From the NCBI GenBank assembly GCA_046726415.1, contig JBKPAK010000189.1, positions 1,154 through 65,153 on the forward strand: DNA of 64,000 nt, read 5' to 3'. Position numbers and translations under genes: made by a program. Numbering within the stretch: position 1 is the first letter of the stretch; each line of letters starts with the position of its first letter. This DNA comes from Candidatus Methylomirabilota bacterium. Lineage in GTDB: Bacteria; Methylomirabilota; Methylomirabilia; Rokubacteriales; CSP1-6. The notes beneath the pieces are model-generated. The model was given only the letters and a program-made list of their open reading frames with translations. It had not been told where the DNA came from and searched no databases. This document shows positions 1 to 9,119 of this stretch, piece by piece.

Positions 1-751
1 CCCGCACGCGCCGGGCTCGGTCCTTCCCGCCGTAGCCGGCGTGAAGCGCCACCACGAGGCTGTAGATCAAATGGGTGCCTCCGCAGGTGAGCGAATGGAC
101 GGGCGCTCGCGAAGGTGCCCGTTTCTCGCGCATCGCCTCCGCCAGAGGGGCGGAGGCCTGTTCAAGGGCCTCCAGGGCGCGACCTACCGCGGCGTCCAGG
201 TCGACCGGCTGGCCCCAGGCATTCGTCCAACGCTGCCTGAGCGGCGAGGTCGTCCGGGTCAACGCGATGATGGTCCAGGCCAGTTCCGTCGGGGGAACCG
301 TCTCGTCGTCTGGCTTGAGCAGAAGCCGCGCGTCGTTCACGAGATCCGCGAGGGTTCGGCGCTGACCACCGTGAGCGAAGCTGTATTCGAGCGGCACACC
401 CGCTTCGAGCAGCGTCTTCAAGAACATGTTCGGGTGGATCTCGGCCGTGCGCGGGAATGCCAGCATCGTCCGACCGTTGACCGTGACTGTGGTGATGTGG
501 TCCTCGAGGAGAAAATCGACCGCCCGTCGACCGCCCTCAATCCTGAAGGTCGGGCCCATCGCGCGCACGCCGTGCGCGACGGCCCAAGGGTCACGGGGGG
601 TCGTCGCATGCCGGTGAATGACGTCGTCGCCCTCGCGCGCTTTGGCGGGCTTCGCCGTCGCCACGCTGGCGGCGACCGCTCCGAAAACCAGGAAGTGCCG
701 TCGGCTCAGCGCGGCGTGACAGGTCGAGGGAAAGAAGGGCTCGGTCACCAC
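1..751 (-). CDS. Hypothetical Tat-exported protein, partial (the 3' end lies beyond the window start).
   Basis: My own minus-strand translation starts VTEPFFPSTCHAALSRRHFLVFGAVAASVATA, which has a twin-arginine SRRHFLV motif. It reads through to position 1 without a stop. It is not in the ORF track because it is partial. The opposite-strand ORF 41..811 is Arg-rich wrong-frame text. Confidence 0.5.
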   Translation of the reverse strand, partial: MVTEPFFPSTCHAALSRRHFLVFGAVAASVATAKPAKAREGDDVIHRHATTPRDPWAVAHGVRAMGPTFRIEGGRRAVDFLLEDHITTVTVNGRTMLAFPRTAEIHPNMFLKTLLEAGVPLEYSFAHGGQRRTLADLVNDARLLLKPDDETVPPTELAWTIIALTRTTSPLRQRWTNAWGQPVDLDAAVGRALEALEQASAPLAEAMREKRAPSRAPVHSLTCGGTHLIYSLVVALHAGYGGKDRARRVR

Positions 752-754
752 GGG

Positions 755-1474
755 TCACTTGCCCTGCAACATCTCGAATCCTCGACTCTTCGGCTGCTGA
801 GCTTTCAGTGAGTCGACATGGACCCGAATCTCCTCGAGGTCCTTGGCCGGCGGCGCCCCTTCAATCGCAATCGGCTGTTTGCGCGTCCCGGAAGCCGCGG
901 TCGGGCTTGTGCCCGCGGACGATGCAGGTGCGGACGGCGCCGAGGGGGCTGAGGGGCTAGGTGATAATGACGGGGCCGGGGCAACGGGGCCTGAAGGAGC
1001 CGGGGCATACGAGACAGTGCCTCCGCGAGCCTGCGGCTGAGCGCCAGCCACCCCTCCGGGAGCTTGCGGCTGAGCGCTCGCCACCCCTTCCGGAGGTTGC
1101 GGCTGAGCGCCGGCCACCCCTCCCGGAGGTTGCGGCTGAGCGCTGGCGGTGACGCCTCCCGAAGCTTGCGCGGGCGCGTCGGGAGCAGAGGCAGAAATGC
1201 GGACGACGACCACTCCCGAAGTCCCGGTCAGCTCGACTCGATCCTCGACGATTTTCGTGACGCGGTAGGGGCCGACCTGGTCCCCTTGGCGAACGCGGAC
1301 GAGCTTGTTCTGCGTGTGAGTCGGTTCACCGATCCACGCCCAGGCCTCGCCCTCGGCCCTGATGACAACACCCATGACGGTAAACCGCGGTTGCTCCTGA
1401 GCGGCGGCCAATCCGCTGACGAGCCAGGCGAAGGCCGCGACCATCAGCACGAGCACGAGCTTTTTGGAGTTCAC
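755..1474 (-). CDS. Secreted protein with a PilP/GspC-like N-terminal domain and a Pro/Ala/Gln-rich repeat region.
   Basis: Signal peptide MNSKKLVLVLMVAAFAWLVSGLAAA. The N-domain (FTVMGVVIRAEGEAWAWIG...VRQGDQVGPYRVTKIVEDRVELTG) resembles the pilot domain of PilP/GspC. It is followed by QPQPPGGVAGA repeats and a PSAPSAPS tract. Confidence 0.55.
   Translation of the reverse strand: MNSKKLVLVLMVAAFAWLVSGLAAAQEQPRFTVMGVVIRAEGEAWAWIGEPTHTQNKLVRVRQGDQVGPYRVTKIVEDRVELTGTSGVVVVRISASAPDAPAQASGGVTASAQPQPPGGVAGAQPQPPEGVASAQPQAPGGVAGAQPQARGGTVSYAPAPSGPVAPAPSLSPSPSAPSAPSAPASSAGTSPTAASGTRKQPIAIEGAPPAKDLEEIRVHVDSLKAQQPKSRGFEMLQGK
1030..1150. repeat. About 3.5 tandem copies of a 33-bp unit inside CDS 755..1474; they encode the QPQPPGGVAGA repeats.
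   Basis: The unit (c/g)ttgcggctgagcgc(c/t)(a/c/g)gccacccct(c/t)ccggag is repeated head-to-tail. The unit is 33 bp, so the repeat is in frame. Confidence 0.7.
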
Positions 1475-1617
1475 GATTGAAGCACCTCCCGCCTCTCAGA
1501 TAAGGCGGCTTGGAGGGGGTGTACCGGATGTCAGACGCTGCATCACCCGACGAGTCATAGCACACGGCCCACTCGACGGATAGTGAAAAAGATGCGACAT
1601 TGAGCGCAGAATTTTCC

Positions 1618-3999
1618 CTATTGGAGGAGCCGTTCAACGAGTGGACGGGCGGCCGGGGGCGCCAGTCTTCTCGCTTCGCCGGCGCCGAACTGAGCCCTCG
1701 CCGAATCCCCCAACTGGCCGCAACTGCGGGCGAAAACCGACCAGGCGAGCCATGACCCCCGATCGATCTCCAAGGCTCGCTCGGCCAACCTCAGCCCTCC
1801 CCTGGGATCACCGGTCTGCACCATGGCCAGCGCCCACCGGGCCAGAATATCCGGGTTGGCCGGACTCAACCGGTCTGCCTCCTGGAAGTCCCGAAACGCT
1901 GCGTCGAGTCGCTCCGGTTGACCGGCCGAGGCGCGGGCCAGCTCGACCTGCGCGCTGGCCAGCCAAAGGTGGCCGCGCGAGGGCACATGTCGACGGGCGC
2001 GATCGAGCGCCTCCTGCGCTTCCGTCAGCCAGTCAACGCGCGGTGGGCGGTTCGACTCGGCAGCCATCAGTCGCAGGGAAACATCGGCCGCCGCCTCCGC
2101 CGGAAACGGAAGCCAGGGGGCGAGACCGCTGGCTCGCACGAACTCCCGACGCGCGGTGGCGAGATCGCCGGCGATCCATCGACTGTTTCCCGCCGCGTAG
2201 GCCATGGAGCCTTGGAGCGCACGCGTGGTTCCTACGACGGCGACGGACACGGCGGCGATTAGGCTCCCCAGAAGGGCGAATGCCGGCCACCGGAGCTTCT
2301 CGCGCTTCGCTCGCGGCGCACGGTTTCGCGACTCGACGCTCACCGCCGTCGGCGGCAGCGGGAACGGGAGCGTCAGAATCGCCGCGGCCATCCAGAAGAG
2401 GGCCCGCGGCACGGGTGAGGCAATCCCGAACAATCCCTCCACGAATTGGCCCAGCACCAACGCCAGGCAACCCAGGCGCGCGCCCGCGTCGACGGCGCCG
2501 CTGGCCGAACGGAGCCGCATGACCCCGGTGATGACCACGCTGCTCACCAGCCCGACCCAGAGCAGCATACCGATCGCGCCGGTCGTCACGAGATGGTCGA
2601 GCAATTCGTTGTGCGCTCGATCGAACGTGTACGAGGCCGTCCAATCGCGCTGTCCTCCGCGGAGTGATCTGAGTTCAGCGGGAAGGAAGCGATCGAGGAC
2701 AAGGATCTGCGTCTCGGGTCCGTAACCGACGAGAGTCCGGGACCACGGGGCGGAGCTCGGCACATCCTCGTTGCCGGCGAACCAGCGAACCCAACCGGAG
2801 GCGATCCCCCGCCAAAGGCGCACTCGAACCCACTCGGGAGTACCTTCGCGCAGTGCGCCGATCGCGCTCAGCCGCTCGAACGCGCGAATGGACCTGAGGC
2901 GGTCGAGCGGCGCCAGACCGAGATTCAACGCCGCGACGAACAGGGCGAGGGCCAGGACGCCGGTCCCGAAGATGGCGAGGGTTCTCGCTGCTCGCCGGAA
3001 GACGAGCGCGACCCCTGACGCGACAACCAAGCCGACGACCAGACCGACGAGCGCCCCGCGTGCCGCGGAGAGCACGAGAACGACCACTTGCACAATCACG
3101 AGGCTTCCCAGCAGGGCGATCCGCCAGTTCGGCGGCAGACTCGCCCCCGAGAAGGCGGGAGCCATGCTCCACGCCGCCCCGCCGGCGACGCCCCAGGCCA
3201 AGATGAGGCACCACGTCAACGAGCCGTGATAGGCCGATCCAAGCAGGCCGACGGTGCCGAGCACCCAGGCGGTTGCCACCGCGATGTGGACTCCGCTGAT
3301 CCGACTCGGCTGGGAGCGAGCGGTCATGAGCCGGCCGACGCCGAGTGAGATCAGGGCGATGAGATAGCTCCCCAGAAAGATGTGGTGGCCGAACGTCGAG
3401 CGCACTCGCAGGAGGGCGGCCGCCGGATCCCACCCTGGTGGAAGCGGATCCTGCCCCAAGGCCTGCCCTAGAGCGAGAAGGACGACGGGGAGACTACCGA
3501 TCAGGACGACGTCGATGAGGCTGCCCAAGCGGTCGAGCGTGCGAATCTCGGCCTGGACGATGAGGAAGACCGCGAACGCCGCCAAGATAGCCACGAGGCC
3601 GAACCCCCGACCGAATCCGCCCCAGAGACTCTGTCCGGTCGCGATGGAAAGCCCGGTGGCGAGCACCAGCCATGCCCCGTAGGCGCCGACCGTCCAGCGG
3701 ACGGCGCGCAGGGCGCGGTCCGGCCTCAATGTGGGCGAGGGCGAGGCGCCGAGCGCGCGGCCGGTGAGACAGGCCAGGCCCGTCAGCCCGACCCCGACCA
3801 CAAGGGCCCATACCTTTGGTTCGTCGTAGGGGCCCATGGCGCCGGCGAGAACGGACGACGGGATCGCGAGAAACATGCTGGCCAGGCCGATCTCCACCAG
3901 GCGGGTGGCCATCGTCGCGCTCGGCTCGGCCGCCGGCGACTTTCCCGCCGCGCGACGGGCTGAGCGAGGTGGCAATCGGTCAGCGGGCGCCTTTGCCAC
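1618..3999 (-). CDS. O-antigen ligase family (Wzy_C/WaaL-like) polytopic membrane protein with C-terminal TPR repeats. The start may instead be the internal M at about 3912.
   Basis: About ten predicted TM helices with a periplasmic loop, and a C-terminal TPR-like helical region (LDRARRHVPSRGHLWLASAQVELARASAGQ...). This domain architecture is typical of the family. Confidence 0.7.
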   Translation of the reverse strand: MAKAPADRLPPRSARRAAGKSPAAEPSATMATRLVEIGLASMFLAIPSSVLAGAMGPYDEPKVWALVVGVGLTGLACLTGRALGASPSPTLRPDRALRAVRWTVGAYGAWLVLATGLSIATGQSLWGGFGRGFGLVAILAAFAVFLIVQAEIRTLDRLGSLIDVVLIGSLPVVLLALGQALGQDPLPPGWDPAAALLRVRSTFGHHIFLGSYLIALISLGVGRLMTARSQPSRISGVHIAVATAWVLGTVGLLGSAYHGSLTWCLILAWGVAGGAAWSMAPAFSGASLPPNWRIALLGSLVIVQVVVLVLSAARGALVGLVVGLVVASGVALVFRRAARTLAIFGTGVLALALFVAALNLGLAPLDRLRSIRAFERLSAIGALREGTPEWVRVRLWRGIASGWVRWFAGNEDVPSSAPWSRTLVGYGPETQILVLDRFLPAELRSLRGGQRDWTASYTFDRAHNELLDHLVTTGAIGMLLWVGLVSSVVITGVMRLRSASGAVDAGARLGCLALVLGQFVEGLFGIASPVPRALFWMAAAILTLPFPLPPTAVSVESRNRAPRAKREKLRWPAFALLGSLIAAVSVAVVGTTRALQGSMAYAAGNSRWIAGDLATARREFVRASGLAPWLPFPAEAAADVSLRLMAAESNRPPRVDWLTEAQEALDRARRHVPSRGHLWLASAQVELARASAGQPERLDAAFRDFQEADRLSPANPDILARWALAMVQTGDPRGGLRLAERALEIDRGSWLAWSVFARSCGQLGDSARAQFGAGEARRLAPPAARPLVERLLQ

Positions 4000-5395
4000 C
4001 GAGAACGGCGGGAATGGTCCTCACCAGGATTTTGAAGTCCAGGAGGAGCGACCACTGGTCGACGTAGAGCAGGTCCATGTGCATCCATTCCTCGAAGTCG
4101 ACCGTATTGCGCCCACTGACCTGCCAGAGCCCCGTGATACCCGGACGCACAGCCAGGCGTCGGCGCTGCGCATCTTTGATACGCCTGGCCTCATAGACGG
4201 GAAGCGGGCGAGGTCCAACGAGGCTCATCTCCCCTTTGACGACGTTGACGAGCTGCGGGAGCTCGTCGAGGCTCAGGCGTCGGAGCATGCGTCCGGCCGA
4301 GGTGAGACGAGGATCGTCGGCGACCTTGAAGACGGGGCCACTCATCTCGTTGAGATGAGTCAACTGATCGCGGAGGCCCTCGGCACCCACCACCATGGTC
4401 CGGAACTTGTGCATGCGGAACCGTCGGCCATGAAAGCCCGCGCGCTCCTGGTGAAAGATCACCGGCCCGCGCGAGGTGAGCTTGACGGCCACGGCCATGA
4501 CCAGGAGGAGCGGTGAGCTGACCACGAGCAGGAAGGCGGCGACCAGGATGTCGATGAGGCGCTTGACGAGGAACGCGCCCTGCCGGGTCAGGCTCGGGGA
4601 GAAGCCGTAGAATGGCAGCGCGAACAGTTCTTCCAAGAACGCGTAGGCATGGGCCGGTCGATAGAAGTCCACCAGCACCCGGGTATCCACCCCGAGGCTC
4701 TCGCACGTCTGAAGGGCGTCCGTGAGGCCGTCGAGCCGGTCGGCCGAGACGGCGAAGAAGACCTCGTCGATGACGCCGTCGCCCTGGAGAATGTCTGGCA
4801 GGTCCTGGAGCGAGCCAACCACAGGGACTCCACTCACGGTGCGGCCGGGTTCCTCGGCGTCGAGGCTGAGACAGCCGCGAATGAGCCATTGCGCCTCCGG
4901 ATAGCGGTGTAAGGCCGCGATGACGCTCGCCGCCCGATGGTCGGTTCCCACCACGAGCGCCACATGGGCCCAACCATCGGCCGTCTGTGTCCGGCGCAGC
5001 CAGGCTCTGATGAGTCCACGCTCGGCCCAGAGCCCGGCCCCGCTCATGAGAGCGAAGAGAAGGAGCAAGCTGCGGTTGACGTCGCTCTCCTTGACGAGGA
5101 AGAGCGACGCCGTGAGCAGAAGGAGACCCATACCGCTGACCCCGAACGCCAAGGCCGCCCGCGACCGAGTCGTCCACCCGATTCCGTAACCGCCCAAGAG
5201 GGCGAGGAACCCGATCCACGCCGGCACGGTCACCGCGAGCAGCCACAGGTAGTACTCGAGGGGGCCGGCCGCTCGGCCGAGCGGGTCATCCAGCAGGACC
5301 CGGATCCCGTAGGCGGCAAAAAAGGCGACGACGAGAACGCCGACGTCGGCAGCGAGCAGCCGGAGCGTCCAGCCGAGACGGCGCTTGCCCAGCAT
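3980..5395 (-). CDS. Undecaprenyl-phosphate sugar phosphotransferase (WbaP/EPS priming transferase family).
   Basis: N-terminal TM region, and a C-terminal bacterial sugar-transferase domain (FKFRTM...DELPQL...SLVGPRP...LAVRPGITGLWQVSGR). The start is trimmed to the internal M that abuts the stop of the GT4 gene (TGATG overlap). Confidence 0.85.
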   Translation of the reverse strand: MLGKRRLGWTLRLLAADVGVLVVAFFAAYGIRVLLDDPLGRAAGPLEYYLWLLAVTVPAWIGFLALLGGYGIGWTTRSRAALAFGVSGMGLLLLTASLFLVKESDVNRSLLLLFALMSGAGLWAERGLIRAWLRRTQTADGWAHVALVVGTDHRAASVIAALHRYPEAQWLIRGCLSLDAEEPGRTVSGVPVVGSLQDLPDILQGDGVIDEVFFAVSADRLDGLTDALQTCESLGVDTRVLVDFYRPAHAYAFLEELFALPFYGFSPSLTRQGAFLVKRLIDILVAAFLLVVSSPLLLVMAVAVKLTSRGPVIFHQERAGFHGRRFRMHKFRTMVVGAEGLRDQLTHLNEMSGPVFKVADDPRLTSAGRMLRRLSLDELPQLVNVVKGEMSLVGPRPLPVYEARRIKDAQRRRLAVRPGITGLWQVSGRNTVDFEEWMHMDLLYVDQWSLLLDFKILVRTIPAVLGGKGAR

Positions 5396-6489
5396 CAGCG
5401 GCCACCTTTCGCGATCGCCCAGAAGAGGCGCTCGTAGGCGTCGGTGACGGAATCCCACGAGTAGTGCCTCTCCACGCGCTCACGGCCTCGGGCGGCGTAT
5501 TCGGCGACCAACGCCGGATCTTTGAGCAGTCGATCGAGAACCGCTCGCAAGCTCGCGGGGCCCACCTGTCCATCGTAGACGAACCCGGTGTCGGCAATCG
5601 TCTCGAGGTTCTCGGGAGTGTCGTTGGCCACCACGCAGGTTCCGAAGCCCATGGCCTCGACGAGGGCTGGGTGCGTGCCCCCGACCTCCGAGGTTTCCAC
5701 GAAACAGTAGGCGTTCGACGACAACTCGCGGTATCCCGCCCCAAACAGATACCCGGTGAAGATCACGCGGGGCCCTGCGCGAGCCTTCAGGGAGCGGATG
5801 TAGGTTCCGGCGTAAGGAGCATCTCCGACGATGACGCATTTCATGTCGGTGACCAACCCAGCGAACGCGTCCACGAGGTGATGGGCACAGTTCTCGGGCA
5901 CCAGGCGCCCCACGAACAGCAGGTAGTGGGACGGCTCGAGCCCATACCGGGCGAGCGTGGGCCCCGGGACTGCTCGGATCATGTCGGCGCCATAGGGGAT
6001 GTACGTCGAGTCGACTCCGTACTCGGCTTCGTAGTATTCCTGCACTCGCCGAGAGTCTGTGACCACGCGATGCGGAAAGCGCGTCGCCCAGCGCTCCGAC
6101 TTCCGGATGCACCAACGCGCCAGGCGCCCCCACTTCCTTCGCTTCCAGTCGAGGCCGTCGACGTTGAGCACCACGCCCTGGCCGCCGAGCCGGGGAATCC
6201 AGGTGAGGGCGGCATTGCCCACGTTGAAAAGGAGCGCGATATCGTAGCCCCCTACCAGGGCGTGGAGACACGACAGCAACGAGTGAGTGATCGTATCCAG
6301 ATGCTTCTGCCGGATGGTTGGGAGTTTGACGAGCCGGGTGCCGCGATACTCCCGTCCGCGGTAACGGATGTGGGGAACCCGGCAGTACACCGTCACCTCG
6401 TGTCCTCGGTCCGCCAGGCGGGCCCCGAGCTCCTCCACACACGTTTCGAAGCCGCTGTAGCTCGCGGGGATGCCCCGCGTGCCGAGCAT
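5395..6489 (-). CDS. Glycosyltransferase family 4.
   Basis: GT-B fold motifs (MLGTRGIPASYSGFE..., EGFGLP-like EVGGTHPALVEAMGFGTCVVAND). Start reassigned to M65 of track ORF 5395..6681, because the upstream part overlaps the previous gene. Confidence 0.8.
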   Translation of the reverse strand: MLGTRGIPASYSGFETCVEELGARLADRGHEVTVYCRVPHIRYRGREYRGTRLVKLPTIRQKHLDTITHSLLSCLHALVGGYDIALLFNVGNAALTWIPRLGGQGVVLNVDGLDWKRRKWGRLARWCIRKSERWATRFPHRVVTDSRRVQEYYEAEYGVDSTYIPYGADMIRAVPGPTLARYGLEPSHYLLFVGRLVPENCAHHLVDAFAGLVTDMKCVIVGDAPYAGTYIRSLKARAGPRVIFTGYLFGAGYRELSSNAYCFVETSEVGGTHPALVEAMGFGTCVVANDTPENLETIADTGFVYDGQVGPASLRAVLDRLLKDPALVAEYAARGRERVERHYSWDSVTDAYERLFWAIAKGGR

Positions 6490-6512
6490 GGCAATGCGGA
6501 GGCGCCGACCCT

Positions 6513-7736
6513 TCACCGCCGTCTGCCGCGACAAGGATCCCGTGGATCGGGGCAGGCCGCCCCGGGCGGACAGTCGACCTGGGGCACAACAAAGCCAAGC
6601 TCCTGCGGAGTCAGGGGACTGGGCCAGCGGCCTGGGGCGGCGAAGACCTTTCGAGTTGCCTCGAGGTAACCGAAGCCCCACTCACAGTGGGGCTCAATGG
6701 CCGCGCCTTCGCCGTATTCGTTCCAGGCCTCGATGAGTACGATTCTCCGACCGTCCTTGAGGGGATGCCGATCGACGTAGACCCGAGCGTTGGCCAGCAT
6801 CCGCTCGAATTTGCGGGGAGTGCGCTCGGTCCGGACGAGTGCTTTCTGCCCATGCCATGGGCGGGAGTCCCAACCCGGATCGGTGACGGGAAAGTAGTCG
6901 ATGATGCCCGTCTCGGGGACGAAGTTCCAGATCGCCGAATACCCATAGATGGCGGACTCGTAGTCTGCCCGAAAGGCCGTAGGGTCCATCCCGGCCCGCG
7001 GGTAGTTGTATCCGGTGGTGGCATCGTACCCCTCGTCCTTCTGCATCTGGAGGCGCTCGCGAAATGCAACCTCGCCCGGCCCGGTCACCGCCACCAGGAA
7101 CACGCCGGGCAGCCCTCGCGCGCGGGCTCGCTCGCGCATCTTGGCGAAGGCTCGCTTGACCCCTTCGGATCCCAGGTCCCGGCTGAGCCCCGGACTCGAG
7201 AAGATGATCACCACGGGTCGACCGTCGATCGTGAAATACTCGGGACGCCAGAAGTACTGGTCGATCCAATAGTCGAGCACGGCCATGAGGTCTTCTTCCG
7301 TGTGCGATCGCGGCGGGTTGTGGTTCGCCCAAAGAAGGCAGAACTTCATGAAGGGGCGGAACCGCGAGCGCAGATAGCCCTCGTGCAGCGCGTGCTCGAG
7401 CTGGCGGCTGCCGCGGTCCCAATACCAATCGAACACGAAGAAGGAGATTCCGTGCTCGAGGGCCCACTTGATCTGCCAGTCCATGACGGAGGGATCACCC
7501 TCCCGATAGTATCCGAGCAGCGGTACCCGTTCCGGATACTCATCGAGGACCTGCCAGCGGCTATGGTCGTACCAGCCCGGGAAGTAGTACGCGCCGACAT
7601 GATACGGCTCCGTCGACACGCGCCGGGGCGCAGGCATCGAGTCGCCTTCGGGGAGCGGCCGGCCTTGATGGCAGGCGGCGAGGATCACGAGGGCGACGAC
7701 CACGAGGAGCCTGGAGCTGAGTTGGCGGACCACCAC
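6513..7736 (-). CDS. WbsX-like / glycoside hydrolase family 99-like lipoprotein.
   Basis: Lipoprotein signal (LVILAAC lipobox). The HVGAYYFPGWYDHSRW...FVFDWYW pattern resembles the WbsX/GH99-like family that recurs in O-antigen loci. Confidence 0.55.
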   Translation of the reverse strand: MVVRQLSSRLLVVVALVILAACHQGRPLPEGDSMPAPRRVSTEPYHVGAYYFPGWYDHSRWQVLDEYPERVPLLGYYREGDPSVMDWQIKWALEHGISFFVFDWYWDRGSRQLEHALHEGYLRSRFRPFMKFCLLWANHNPPRSHTEEDLMAVLDYWIDQYFWRPEYFTIDGRPVVIIFSSPGLSRDLGSEGVKRAFAKMRERARARGLPGVFLVAVTGPGEVAFRERLQMQKDEGYDATTGYNYPRAGMDPTAFRADYESAIYGYSAIWNFVPETGIIDYFPVTDPGWDSRPWHGQKALVRTERTPRKFERMLANARVYVDRHPLKDGRRIVLIEAWNEYGEGAAIEPHCEWGFGYLEATRKVFAAPGRWPSPLTPQELGFVVPQVDCPPGAACPDPRDPCRGRRR

Positions 7737-7804
7737 CCGACGGGATCTGACGCTCTCCCAGGCGTCGGGGCGGTCCCCACCTGTGGGCCGGCTGCCGGCT
7801 TCGG

Positions 7805-9028
7805 TCAGAGCGACTGCAGAAAGGCCAGCACGTCGGCCTGATCCGCCGGCTTCAGCGCCACAAAACTCTCCCGCGCCCTGAAGGCCTCACCGCTGTGTAA
7901 GGCGATGACCTGAACAAGGTCGGACGTTCGGCCGTCGTGCAGATAGAACTTCCGCAGGCGGAGACCCCACAGCGGCGGCGTACGCCAGCGCCCACCCGCG
8001 ACCTCGCCATCCGGGATGCGATCGTCGAGCACCGCGCCGACGTAATGAGTGAGGAGGTCCGAGTAGAGCGGCACGTCCACCTCGTTGAGCGCGGGGTTGG
8101 AGCTGGCGCCAGTCTTCATGACCGGGGTATGGCAGGCCGAGCAGCCGAGCTTAGCGAAGAGGGTCTCTCCGCGGCGAACGGCATCCGTGATAGGGCCGCG
8201 GGGGGGAGGACCCAGGAAGGCCAGGAAGGCGCTGATGCTGGTCAACCGGGCGCCGTCGGCGTCGTCGACGTCGGGCGTGGTCTTGCACCCTGGCGGGATA
8301 GGCCGGCCCTGGGGGGAGAGTTCGTTCGGGTACAGGGGGGTGGTGATGCCGAGTTCGTTGATAAGGGCGAGGGCAACGAAGTCCGTGAGGGTGGCCACTG
8401 ACGCTTTCCAACCGTACCGTCCAATGATCCCGTTCTGGGTATTGGGTCGGCCAGCGATGCCGTCGGCATTCGCGTCCGTAGGGTCTGCGCGGGCCAGGAT
8501 GGTGGTGTCGGGGATGGCTTGGATGAGACCGAGCCCGAACACCGGTGAGGGCTGCCGGGGCCCGACAGCCGTCGCCTCATGGGGAACCACCTCCCCAGCG
8601 AGACCGCAGTTGGGCAGGTCCTCGGCCACGCTCTTTCGCTGGATAGTCGGACCTCCGAGATTGAGCAAGGCGTTGAAAGGAAGACTTGGCGTCTGCACGC
8701 CGAACCGATCGGACTCCTGCAAACCGAACCGCCCAAAACGTGTGACGAACGTCCCCGGATCGACGCCGCTGCCTCCTGGTACGGGCACGCTGTGACAGCC
8801 CACGCAGCTCCGGTCATTGAAGACCGGCCCTAGGCCCGTGGCCGGCGTCTCGGCGGTCGTGAATCGACGCCGACCTTCGTGAAAGGCGTTGAGCATCCCC
8901 GCGGGGAGGTTGGGGAGGGGTTCGCCGACTTGGGGGCCCGTCTGAGCTGTAAGAAGGCCGACCGAGCCTGGCCCTTCGGACAGCGCCACGGCGACGAGCA
9001 CGGCGGTCAGGAGCCAACGCCGATGCAC
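7805..9028 (-). CDS. Di-haem oxidoreductase (DUF1111, putative peroxidase / thiol oxidoreductase family).
   Basis: Signal peptide and two CxxCH haem-binding motifs (CVGCHS, CSACHT). Length and overall pattern fit DUF1111. Confidence 0.75.
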   Translation of the reverse strand: MHRRWLLTAVLVAVALSEGPGSVGLLTAQTGPQVGEPLPNLPAGMLNAFHEGRRRFTTAETPATGLGPVFNDRSCVGCHSVPVPGGSGVDPGTFVTRFGRFGLQESDRFGVQTPSLPFNALLNLGGPTIQRKSVAEDLPNCGLAGEVVPHEATAVGPRQPSPVFGLGLIQAIPDTTILARADPTDANADGIAGRPNTQNGIIGRYGWKASVATLTDFVALALINELGITTPLYPNELSPQGRPIPPGCKTTPDVDDADGARLTSISAFLAFLGPPPRGPITDAVRRGETLFAKLGCSACHTPVMKTGASSNPALNEVDVPLYSDLLTHYVGAVLDDRIPDGEVAGGRWRTPPLWGLRLRKFYLHDGRTSDLVQVIALHSGEAFRARESFVALKPADQADVLAFLQSL

Positions 9029-9119
9029 AAGCTTCTCCGCAGCCGCTAATGTAGCGGATCTGGAGGGGTCCGCGTCAAGCGCTTCCGGACTCGTGAGTCG
9101 GTGTCAGAGGCTCTCCAAC

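Noticed and set aside
41-811. 256-aa plus-strand ORF at the window start.
   Set aside because: Its translation is Arg-rich nonsense. The opposite strand encodes a coherent Tat-signal protein across the same bases.
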